From the NCBI GenBank assembly GCA_046723645.1, contig JBKOUY010000012.1:1-48692 (forward strand): a stretch of DNA of 48,692 nt. Reading direction: 5' to 3'. The translations under genes and the position numbers were made by a program. The DNA comes from Actinomycetota bacterium (GTDB lineage: Bacteria; Actinomycetota; Acidimicrobiia; Acidimicrobiales; VFJN01). The notes under the pieces are model-generated. The model searched no databases. It was not told where the DNA came from and saw nothing but the letters and a program-made list of their open reading frames with translations. Shown here piece after piece: positions 37,136-45,098 of the stretch; position 1 is the stretch's first letter, and each line of letters opens with the position of its first letter.

Positions 37136-37588
37136 ATGGCGCATGACGACGAGGACGACATCGCCGCGTGGCGGGCACTTCTGCTGGCGCAGAACGCCGT
37201 GCTCCGTGCCATCGAGGCCGACCTCGAACGAGCCGGATGTGTCCCGCTGAGCTGGTACGACGTCCTCCTCGAGTTGAATGCCGCCGAGGATCGCCGACTG
37301 CGGATGCAGGCGCTGGCGAGGCGGACGGTCCTGTCGCGCACGCGGGTCAGCCGGCTCGTCGAGGACCTGGTTGCCGAGGGCTACGTCAGCCGTGCCCCCG
37401 ACCCGGCCGACGGCCGGGCGTCATTCGCGATGCTCACTCCGGCGGGCCGCACCGCCCTCCGCAAGGCGGCACCCATCTACCTGGAAGGCATCCGCCGCCA
37501 CTTCACCGACCACCTCACCGCCTCCGAGCGCTGCCGGCTGGTGACGACCCTCGGCAAGGTCATCGCTGCGCACCAGCCCACGAAGTGA
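37136..37588 (+). CDS. MarR family transcriptional regulator
   Basis: 'LSWYDVLLELNAAEDRRLRMQALARRTVLSRTRVSRLVEDLVAEGYVSR' MarR wHTH. Confidence 0.85.
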   Translation: MAHDDEDDIAAWRALLLAQNAVLRAIEADLERAGCVPLSWYDVLLELNAAEDRRLRMQALARRTVLSRTRVSRLVEDLVAEGYVSRAPDPADGRASFAMLTPAGRTALRKAAPIYLEGIRRHFTDHLTASERCRLVTTLGKVIAAHQPTK

Positions 37589-37662
37589 AAGGCGTCACAG
37601 CGGGGGCACGGACTGCGTCCAATCCAGACAGGGCCACCAACACCGCAGGTGGCAGGGTGTGC

Positions 37663-38172
37663 CTACTTCAGGGCGCGCTGCGCCGCCTTCTGGAACGTTC
37701 GCTCGGCCCTGGTGGTCCCGTCGATCAGCCGGCCCGCCTCGGCCTTCTGATCACCGTCGTCGTATCGAGGAGGCGGCTCCCAGCCGTCGATCTCGTCGAG
37801 GACATCACGGAACGCGTTGCCCACCTCCTTGGCAGCATCCTCGACGCCGCTGGGACCCAGCAGGGTTATCTGACCGGTGATGACCTGGAGGCGGCGGGCG
37901 ACGTCTCGGGTCTTGGCGCGCTCCGACCTGAACTCCTCGGCATCGTGCAGGTCCCCCAGGCGGCGGGACTGCTCACGCAGGTCGTTCAGGACGCTCAGGA
38001 AGCCGGCGTAGGCATCGAGGCGGCGGTCACGTCGCCACGACTGGGTGCCGCTGCGGCGCTCCCACGTCTTGCCCAGCCAGACGCCGAGCAGTGCGATCAC
38101 GCCCGGAACCCCGTACGTGATGAGCTGCTCGACGGTCGACGCGTTCTCGTTCAACCCCAGCACCCCCATCAC
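37663..38172 (-). CDS. hypothetical protein with N-terminal TM helix
   Basis: 169 aa; 'LITYGVPGVIALLGVWLG' hydrophobic; rest charged/helical. Confidence 0.45.
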   Translation of the reverse strand: MMGVLGLNENASTVEQLITYGVPGVIALLGVWLGKTWERRSGTQSWRRDRRLDAYAGFLSVLNDLREQSRRLGDLHDAEEFRSERAKTRDVARRLQVITGQITLLGPSGVEDAAKEVGNAFRDVLDEIDGWEPPPRYDDGDQKAEAGRLIDGTTRAERTFQKAAQRALK

Positions 38173-38216
38173 GCCATCCTGTCACGATGTCCGGCCCGCC
38201 ACCGGCGGTCGGCGGC

Positions 38217-38290
38217 GCCGACCCGAGCGTCAGCTCGGGAGGCTGGCGGTGGTGCCGACCCGAGCGTCAGCTCGGGAGGCTGGCGGTGGT
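38217..38290. repeat. perfect 37-bp tandem direct repeat (2 copies), each with a 7-bp-stem hairpin; copy 2 contains the SDR stop codon
   Basis: 38217-38253 = 38254-38290 = 'gccgacccgagcgtcagctcgggaggctggcggtggt'; hairpin cccgagc-gtca-gctcggg. Confidence 0.85.
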
Positions 38291-39016
38291 GCCGCCGTCG
38301 ATCGGGATGACGGCGCCCGTGATGTAGGCAGCCCGGTCCGAGGCGAGGAACGACGCCAGCTCGGCCACCTCCTCGGGCTGCCCCGCCCGCTTCAACGCCG
38401 AGCCGGCCACCAGGGCGGGGAACCGCTCGGCTGCGCCCTTCCCACCGGACATCTCGGTCTCGATGAAGCCTGGGCAGATGGCATTGGCCCGGATGCCCTG
38501 CTCGCCGTACTCGATGGCGGCGGCCTTGGTGAAGGAGATGACTCCCGCCTTGGCGGCCGAGTAGACGCTGGTCGGGAGGCGCGATCCGTTCATGCCGCCG
38601 ATCGACGACCAGTTCAGGATCACGCCGCCGCCGCCGGGAACCATCGCCCTGATGCCGTGCTTGGTCCCGAGCATGACGCCGCGCAGGTCGACGGCCATGA
38701 TGCGCTCGTAGTCGTCGAGCGTCACGTCGGCCACCGGCTGCGCCCCGGCGACCCCGGCCACGTTCAGCACGGCATCGACCCGCCCGAACGCCTCCAGTGC
38801 GGCGGCGAACATGGCTTCGACCCGGGGCTCGTCGGTGACGTCGACACGGAAGGGCAGGGCCGCCTCGCCGAGCCCGGCGGCGGTCTCCTCCTCCCTCCCG
38901 CTGATGTCGGCGGCGAGGACGCTCGCACCCTCCCGCACGAAGACCGCGGCCGCTGCGCGTGCCATCCCCGACCCGGCGCCGGTGATGACGGCGACCTTGC
39001 CGTCGAGCTCTCCCAT
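38267..39016 (-). CDS. SDR family NAD(P)-dependent oxidoreductase
   Basis: 'VAVITGAGSGMA' cofactor motif, 'YSAAK' catalytic motif; ATG 39016 with GGGGAGGAG RBS. Confidence 0.85.
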   Translation of the reverse strand: MGELDGKVAVITGAGSGMARAAAAVFVREGASVLAADISGREEETAAGLGEAALPFRVDVTDEPRVEAMFAAALEAFGRVDAVLNVAGVAGAQPVADVTLDDYERIMAVDLRGVMLGTKHGIRAMVPGGGGVILNWSSIGGMNGSRLPTSVYSAAKAGVISFTKAAAIEYGEQGIRANAICPGFIETEMSGGKGAAERFPALVAGSALKRAGQPEEVAELASFLASDRAAYITGAVIPIDGGTTASLPS

Positions 39017-39036
39017 CGGTCTCCTCCCCGCTCCGC

Positions 39037-39058
39037 GTGCTGTGCGAGTGCTTAGCAC
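39037..39058. promoter_or_regulatory. 22-bp conserved motif copy 1 (GTGCTGTGCgAGTGCTTAGCAC) in SDR/coxM divergent promoter
   Basis: Identical except 1 nt to 42775-42796; contains GTGCT-T-AGCAC inverted repeat. Confidence 0.5.
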
Positions 39059-39085
39059 GACTGGTACCGTGCCGCCGCACCCGCT

Positions 39086-39961
39086 ATGAAGCCCGCGCCC
39101 TTCGACTACCACCGGCCCGAGTCGGCGACCGAGGCCGTCGGCCTGCTAGCCGAGCTCGGCGACGAGGCCAAGGTCCTCGCCGGGGGCCAGAGCCTCATCC
39201 CGATGCTGGCGCTTCGCCTCACCGCGTTCGGGCACCTGGTCGACATCGGGCGGATCGATGCGCTGCGCGGCATCGAGCGGCGCAACGGCGGCGTCCGGAT
39301 CGGCGCCGGCACCACCGCGGCCGCGGTCGGGCGGAGCGCCGATGTCACCGCCGCCGTTCCGCTGCTCGCCAGGGCGACGCCGTTCGTCGGCCACTTCCAG
39401 ATCCGCAACCGCGGCACGATCGGCGGGTCGCTGGCCCATGCCGATCCGGCGGCCGAGTACCCGGCCGTGGCGGTGGCGCTCGACGCCCAGCTCGAGGCCC
39501 TCTCCCCGCGCGGCACGCGCCGCATCCCGGCCGGGGCATTCTTCACCGGCCTGTGGGGGACGGCGCTCGAGCCCGACGAGCTTCTGACCGGCGTGACGTT
39601 CCCGGGGTGGTCGGGGCGCTGCGGCTTCGCCGTCGAGGAGGTCGCGCGGCGGCACGGTGACTTTGCCATCGCCGGCGCCGCCGTCGCCGTCGAGCTCGAG
39701 AACGACGACCGCGTCCGCCGCTGCGGGATCGGCCTCATCGGCCTCGGCCCCACGCCGGTCCGGGCGGCAGGGGCCGAGGCCGCGGCGACCGGTGCTGCGG
39801 TGGGAGGCGTCGATGCCGACGAGCTGGGCCGGCTGGCGGTCGCAGACCTCGACGCCGTCCCGTCGGACCTGCACGGCTCTGCCGCCTACCGGACCCGGGT
39901 CGGTGCGGTGACGGTGGCGCGCGCCTGGACCGCCGCCGTCGAGGAGGCGCGCGATGGCTGA
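39086..39961 (+). CDS. xanthine dehydrogenase family FAD-binding medium subunit (CoxM/CutM-like)
   Basis: 'FDYHRPESATEAVGLLAELGDEAKVLAGGQSLIPML' FAD-binding PCMH domain; 'CODH medium subunit' architecture. Confidence 0.85.
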   Translation: MKPAPFDYHRPESATEAVGLLAELGDEAKVLAGGQSLIPMLALRLTAFGHLVDIGRIDALRGIERRNGGVRIGAGTTAAAVGRSADVTAAVPLLARATPFVGHFQIRNRGTIGGSLAHADPAAEYPAVAVALDAQLEALSPRGTRRIPAGAFFTGLWGTALEPDELLTGVTFPGWSGRCGFAVEEVARRHGDFAIAGAAVAVELENDDRVRRCGIGLIGLGPTPVRAAGAEAAATGAAVGGVDADELGRLAVADLDAVPSDLHGSAAYRTRVGAVTVARAWTAAVEEARDG

Positions 39962-40523
39962 CGTCGACATCCGGATGACCGTCAACGGCCTGCGGCGTGA
40001 GGCGAGGGTGGAGCCGCGGCTCACCCTCGCGGACTTCCTCCGGGAACGCTGCCACCTCACCGGCACCCACCTGGGCTGCGAGCACGGCGTGTGCGGCGCC
40101 TGCACGGTGCTGCTGGACGGCGCCGCCGTCCGGGCCTGCCTGGTGTTCGCCGTGCAGGCCGACGGCGCCGACGTCACCACGGTCGAGGGGCTGGGCTCGG
40201 CGGACGGCGGGCTCTCGCCGGTGCAGGAGGCATTCCGCGACTGCCACGGCCTGCAGTGCGGGTTCTGCACGCCCGGCTTCGTGGTGTCGCTCACGGCCTT
40301 CCTGCGCGACAACCCCGACCCCACCGACGAGGAGATCCGCCACGGCCTCGCAGGGAACCTCTGCCGGTGTACGGGCTACCAGGGGATCCTCGCCGCGGCG
40401 CGCCAGGCGGCGGGCTCCGTCGCCGACCGAGGATCAGCCCGACGCGGCTCGCTGGCCGTCGACGAGGCGCACGACCGCCTCGGGGCTCAACGGGAGCCGG
40501 TCGACGGTCGCGCCGAACGGTGA
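39954..40523 (+). CDS. (2Fe-2S)-binding small subunit (CoxS/CutS-like); 3' end overlaps coxL-like gene convergently
   Basis: 'CEHGVCGACTV' and 'CGFCTPG...CRCTGY' two [2Fe-2S] motifs; no stop until 40523. Confidence 0.85.
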   Translation: MADVDIRMTVNGLRREARVEPRLTLADFLRERCHLTGTHLGCEHGVCGACTVLLDGAAVRACLVFAVQADGADVTTVEGLGSADGGLSPVQEAFRDCHGLQCGFCTPGFVVSLTAFLRDNPDPTDEEIRHGLAGNLCRCTGYQGILAAARQAAGSVADRGSARRGSLAVDEAHDRLGAQREPVDGRAER

Positions 40524-42773
40524 CAGGGCGTCGGCCACGGCGTTGATCACCGCGGGCGGCGCGCCGATGGCCCCGCCCTCACCGACGCCCTTGTAGCCGC
40601 CCGGCCCGGGCCCCGGCGTGACGACGTGGCCGTACTCGATCACGGGGACCTCGGCCGCCGTGGGCAGCAGGTAGTCCATGAACGTCGTCGTGATCGGATT
40701 GCCGTCGTCGTCGTAGGCGAGCACTTCGAGCAGGGCGCCGCCAATGCCCTGCACCGTGCCCCCGGCGATCTGGCCCTCGACGACGGCCGGGTTGAGCATC
40801 GGGCCGCAGTCCTCGCTGACGATGTAGCGCAGCAACCGGACGGCGCCGGTGGCGACGTCGACCTCGCAGGTGCAGACGTGTGTGGCGTTCGCCCAGTTCG
40901 GCATCGGCGACGTCGTGTAGCGCTCGCTCGCCTCGAGCCCGGCCGGGGTTCCCGGGGGCAGCAGGTGCGTCTGGTGGTAAGCGATCGCGGCCATCTCGGC
41001 CACGGTGACGCCGACGGCCGGCGTGCCGCGGACGAACGCCCGGCCGTCGGCCAGGTCGATGTCGTCGGGCGCCGCCTCGAGCCGGTGGGCGGCGATCGCG
41101 ATGAGCCGGTCGCGCAGCACCGACGCCGTCGTGCCTACCGCCCCGGCGAGCATCGATCCGCTGCGACTGCCGCCGGTGCCGGCGCCGTACGGCGTCAACG
41201 CCGTGTCGCCCTGGATGGTGTGGATATGGTCGATCGGCACGCCGAGCGCGTCGGCCGTCAGCTGCACGGCCGCGGTCTCGAGGCTGTTGCCGGTCGACCC
41301 GCCGGCGACGTAGACGGTGACCGATCCGGAGGGCTCGATGCGGATCGTCGCGGCTTCGCTCGCGTAGTGGTTCTGGCCGGGGGTGGTGGGCTCGACGTAG
41401 CTGCAGGTGCCCACGCCCAGGTAGCGGCCCGCGGCCCTGGCCGCCGCCTGCTGCCGCCGGAACTCCTCGTAGTCCAGAAGGTCGAGGGCGTGCTCCAGGG
41501 TCTCCGCCGGCGACATGTCCGCATAGGGCAGGCCGTTGCCGTTCTGGTAGGGCAGCTCGTCGGCGCGCAGGACGTTCCGCCGCCGCAGCTCGACGGGGTC
41601 GATGCCGAGCCGGCGAGCGGCGATGTCCAGGACCACCTCCCGGGCGACGGACTCGAACATCCACGGCCCGCGGTACGCCGTGCGGCCCACGGTGTTGGAG
41701 AAGACCGACCGGTGGGAGAAGGCCGTGGCCGGGATGCGGTACGGCCCGGGGAAGATCATGCCCACGGCGGCGCCGGGGACGACCGGCCATGGCACCGGAT
41801 AGGCACCGACGTCCTGGGTGTGGTCGATCGCGGCGCCGAGGATCGTGCCGTCGTCGTCCAGGGCCATCCGCACCGTGGCGTGCTCGTGCCGGGCCTGACC
41901 CGCAGCCAGCAGGTTCTCGCGCCGGTCCTCGATCCACTTGAGGGGGCCCGGCACCTTGGACGCCGCCAGCATGAGGCACAGCTCCTCACGCTGCGGCACT
42001 ACCTTCTGACCGAAGCCACCACCGGTGTCGCGCATGATGACGCGGATGCGGTGCTCGGGCAGGCCCAGCACGCGTGAACAGACCGACCGCACCTCGTGGG
42101 GTGACTGGGTGGCCGCCCAGATCGTCAGTTCCTCGGTGGCCGGCTCCCACTCGACGACCATGCCCCGCGTCTCGATCGGTGCCGCGGCGTACGCCCGCTG
42201 GAAGATCGTGTGCTCCACCCTGTGGGGCGCCGACGCCAGCACCCCGTCGACCCGGTCGGCGGAGCCACCCCGCAGTTCGCCCGCGATGTTTCGAGCGAAC
42301 CCGGCGTGCACCAGCTCGTCCCGCTCGGCGGCGCCGACGTAGTCCACGACCGGCGGCAGTGGCTCGTACTCGACGACGACCAGCTCGGCGGCGTCCTCGG
42401 CGATGTACCGGCTCTCGGCGACCACCAGCGCCACGGGATCGCCGACGAAGCGCACCTCCCCATCGGCCAGCGGCGGCAGCGGTGTCCTCGGAGACTGCTC
42501 CCCGTCCCCGGTGAACCAGACATCGTGAACGCCGCGGTTCAGATCGGCCGCCACAAAGGCGGCACTGACGCCCGCCAACGCCACGGCGTGGGAGGTGTCG
42601 ACGCCGATGACGCGGGCGCGGGCGAGGGTGCTGCGCACGAAGCAGGCATGGAGCATCCCCGGCCGCACGACGTCGTCGACGAACGTACCCCGTCCTGCGA
42701 GCAGGCGCGGGTCCTCAACTCGTTGCACGCGGCTGCCCGCATACCTCGTGGCGCCAGGGCTCAGGTGCGTCAT
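40434..42773 (-). CDS. xanthine dehydrogenase family molybdopterin-binding large subunit (CoxL/CutL-like, not form-I CODH)
   Basis: 780 aa from ATG 42773 'MTHLSPGATRYAGSRVQRVEDPRLLAGRGTFVDD'; Mo-binding fold; form-I 'AYRCSFR' loop absent (closest 'GRTAYRGPW'). Confidence 0.85.
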   Translation of the reverse strand: MTHLSPGATRYAGSRVQRVEDPRLLAGRGTFVDDVVRPGMLHACFVRSTLARARVIGVDTSHAVALAGVSAAFVAADLNRGVHDVWFTGDGEQSPRTPLPPLADGEVRFVGDPVALVVAESRYIAEDAAELVVVEYEPLPPVVDYVGAAERDELVHAGFARNIAGELRGGSADRVDGVLASAPHRVEHTIFQRAYAAAPIETRGMVVEWEPATEELTIWAATQSPHEVRSVCSRVLGLPEHRIRVIMRDTGGGFGQKVVPQREELCLMLAASKVPGPLKWIEDRRENLLAAGQARHEHATVRMALDDDGTILGAAIDHTQDVGAYPVPWPVVPGAAVGMIFPGPYRIPATAFSHRSVFSNTVGRTAYRGPWMFESVAREVVLDIAARRLGIDPVELRRRNVLRADELPYQNGNGLPYADMSPAETLEHALDLLDYEEFRRQQAAARAAGRYLGVGTCSYVEPTTPGQNHYASEAATIRIEPSGSVTVYVAGGSTGNSLETAAVQLTADALGVPIDHIHTIQGDTALTPYGAGTGGSRSGSMLAGAVGTTASVLRDRLIAIAAHRLEAAPDDIDLADGRAFVRGTPAVGVTVAEMAAIAYHQTHLLPPGTPAGLEASERYTTSPMPNWANATHVCTCEVDVATGAVRLLRYIVSEDCGPMLNPAVVEGQIAGGTVQGIGGALLEVLAYDDDGNPITTTFMDYLLPTAAEVPVIEYGHVVTPGPGPGGYKGVGEGGAIGAPPAVINAVADALSPFGATVDRLPLSPEAVVRLVDGQRAASG

Positions 42774-42774
42774 T

Positions 42775-42796
42775 GTGCTGTGCAAGTGCTTAGCAC
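42775..42796. promoter_or_regulatory. 22-bp conserved motif copy 2 (GTGCTGTGCaAGTGCTTAGCAC) immediately upstream of coxL-like start, in divergent region with TetR gene
   Basis: Read directly; see copy 1. Confidence 0.5.
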
Positions 42797-42926
42797 AGGT
42801 GGCGCGCCCGACCCGGCGCCGCACGGGCGCGGCATGGCCGCCGCAGGGGCGGCGGCTGAAGCTAACATTCGTTCCACGTTCAGTGGGTCGTCGCCCGTCA
42901 GGTCGACACGCGAGGGAGTGGACGTC

Positions 42927-44165
42927 GTGTCGGTAGACGGTGGGCGGAGAACCGAGATCCTCGAGACGGCCGCGAGGCTGTTCGCTTCCTCCGGGCTCAG
43001 GACCTCGCTCCAGCAGATCGCCGCCGCCTGCGGCATCCTGCCCGGCAGCCTGTACCACCACTTCGAGTCGAAGGAAGCGATCGTCGTCGAGCTCATCGAG
43101 CGCTACCGCGCCGATCTGGGCGACATCGCGAAGCGCTCGCTCGACGACCTGCAGGCGCCTGAACCGGTCTCGGACAAGATCATGGCGCTCAGCGCGGCCA
43201 TCGCCGCCTGCGGCGTCCGGCATCGCGCCGCGGTGCTCCAGAGCTTCTACGAACCACCCTCGGGCGCCAGCGACCAGCTGGTGCGGGTCGCACGGCTCAC
43301 GCCGACCGCCATCGAGGCGGCGATGCTCGAGACGCTCCGCGCCGGTAGGGCCAGCGGTTACATCCGGTCGGGCATCGACCTGGACACCCTCGCGGAACGG
43401 CTCTGCGAGACCATGCTCTACATCAGCCTCGGCGTGTTCCGTGATGTCGGTGGCGCCGACCAGCTGCCGGCAATCAGGTGCCGCATCATGCTCGAGGGCG
43501 TCGCCGTGGATCCGCCGGCCGACGCCGAGCTCGACCGGTCGAACGCGTTCTGGGCCGCCCAGCAGGTCATCGACTCGTGGGACGAGATCGACGATGACGA
43601 GGACGATCGGCTCGCGCGGCTACGGGCCGTCGCCCGGGCAGAGTTCGGCCGGCGGGGCTACGAGGCGACCACCATCAGGGACATTGCGGCGGCCGCCGGT
43701 CTCAGCACCGGGGGCGTCTATCGGACGATCGGCTCGAAGGAAGAGCTGCTGGCATCGATCATGGGAACGTTCCCCGCGGCGGTCCGATCCGGCTGGAAGG
43801 GCGTCCTCGGATCCGACTCGACCAGTGTCGAGAAGCTCGATGCGTTGATGTGGATCGACATCAACGTCGTGGTCCGCTTCAGCGACGAGTACAACATCCA
43901 GCTCGCCTGGCTGCGCGAATCGCCGCCGACCACGTCCGACCTCGGACAGAACTTCGCTGCGCTCCTGCGGGACCTGAAGGCGCTGCTCGCTCAGGGGGCG
44001 CGAGCGGGCGAGGTCCACATCGACGGCCCCTCCGCCGACATACGGGCGTGGTCGTTGTTCGATCCGATGTGGATGCACGAGAACATCGTTCGCAAGGTCG
44101 GCGCCCGCGCCGCGCTCAGGCTCGGGCGCGAGAGCGTCCTCCGTGGCGCGGCGCGGCGCCCGTGA
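42927..44165 (+). CDS. tandem-duplicated TetR family regulator (two TetR HTH+ligand domains in one polypeptide; alt start 42834)
   Basis: Two HTH segments 'TSLQQIAAACGILPGSLYHHFESKEAIV' and 'TTIRDIAAAAGLSTGGVYRTIGSKEELL' ~210 aa apart; GTG 42927 with GAGGGAG RBS. Confidence 0.75.
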   Translation: MSVDGGRRTEILETAARLFASSGLRTSLQQIAAACGILPGSLYHHFESKEAIVVELIERYRADLGDIAKRSLDDLQAPEPVSDKIMALSAAIAACGVRHRAAVLQSFYEPPSGASDQLVRVARLTPTAIEAAMLETLRAGRASGYIRSGIDLDTLAERLCETMLYISLGVFRDVGGADQLPAIRCRIMLEGVAVDPPADAELDRSNAFWAAQQVIDSWDEIDDDEDDRLARLRAVARAEFGRRGYEATTIRDIAAAAGLSTGGVYRTIGSKEELLASIMGTFPAAVRSGWKGVLGSDSTSVEKLDALMWIDINVVVRFSDEYNIQLAWLRESPPTTSDLGQNFAALLRDLKALLAQGARAGEVHIDGPSADIRAWSLFDPMWMHENIVRKVGARAALRLGRESVLRGAARRP

Positions 44166-44177
44166 CGCGGGCGTTCG

Positions 44178-45098
44178 TCAGCGCAGCGCCTCGCGGTCCT
44201 CGGTCCGAGGGGTGACCGTCGCAAGCCGCACCGGGTCGCTGCGGAACGCCCCCGGCGGCGGCAGGCGAATCGCCAGGCGCACCAGCCGCTGGAAGAGCCG
44301 GGCGGACAGCAGGCGGTTGCCGACCACCATGGCCCTGGCATCGAGCCCGACCGCGTGGCGGGCGAAGGGGGCCCGTTCCGTCAGGGCCCGCTCCAGCGCC
44401 GGTGCGAAGCGTTCCGGCGGCCGGGCCGCGCGGAGGATCCAGCGGCTGGTGCGGATCAGCCCGGCGTGGTGCGCTGCGTAGGGCCCGTCGGGGTCCGCGT
44501 AGGTCTGCGTGAGCTCGAGGATGTCCGTCTTGAAGGTTCCGGCGACGAGGACGGTGACGCCGATGCCGAACGGCGCCACCTCGTGGGACAGCGCCTCGGC
44601 CCACCGTTCGAGGGCCCCCTTCGCTGCGGAGTAGGCGCTGATCGCCGGCATGCCCCGGACGCCGCCCTGGCTCGAGACCACGACGATCCGTCCGCGACCC
44701 GCCGCCCGCATCGCCGGCAACAGCTCGTGGGTGAGCCGCACCGGGCCGAACACGTTGGTCGAGAAGACCTGGGACCAGACGCTCGCCGGCATCTCCTCCG
44801 CGCACCCGACGGCGGCGACACCCGCATTGTGGACCAGCGCGTCCGGGGCGCCCACGGCCTCGCCGACCGCCTCGGCCGCGGCCGCGATCGACGCCGGATC
44901 GTCGAGGTCGAGCCGGACGGCGACGAGGCGCGGGTCGCCGGCCGCAGCGCCGGACGCCGCCCGGAGGCGCTGCAACCCCAGGTCGGGCGAGCGCATGGCG
45001 GCGACGACCGTCCAGCCGTCGCGGTAGAGGCGGGCGGCGGAGGCGAGGCCGAGGCCACGCGACGCACCGGTGATGACGACGCTCCTCAACTCAGCCAC
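44178..45098 (-). CDS. SDR family oxidoreductase
   Basis: 'VVITGASRGLGLA', 'YSAAKGAL'; GTG start overlapping upstream gene stop by 8 nt. Confidence 0.8.
   Translation of the reverse strand: MAELRSVVITGASRGLGLASAARLYRDGWTVVAAMRSPDLGLQRLRAASGAAAGDPRLVAVRLDLDDPASIAAAAEAVGEAVGAPDALVHNAGVAAVGCAEEMPASVWSQVFSTNVFGPVRLTHELLPAMRAAGRGRIVVVSSQGGVRGMPAISAYSAAKGALERWAEALSHEVAPFGIGVTVLVAGTFKTDILELTQTYADPDGPYAAHHAGLIRTSRWILRAARPPERFAPALERALTERAPFARHAVGLDARAMVVGNRLLSARLFQRLVRLAIRLPPPGAFRSDPVRLATVTPRTEDREALR

Noticed and set aside
38217-38290. Possible CRISPR or mobile-element repeat
   Set aside because: There are only two directly adjacent identical units with no spacers, no cas genes and no terminal inverted repeats. 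I interpret it as a tandem duplication of a hairpin-containing 3' end.
40434-42773. Calling the large molybdoprotein a bona fide aerobic CO dehydrogenase (CoxL form I)
   Set aside because: The translation lacks the form-I 'VAYRCSFR' active-site loop. It is annotated only as a xanthine-dehydrogenase-family large subunit.
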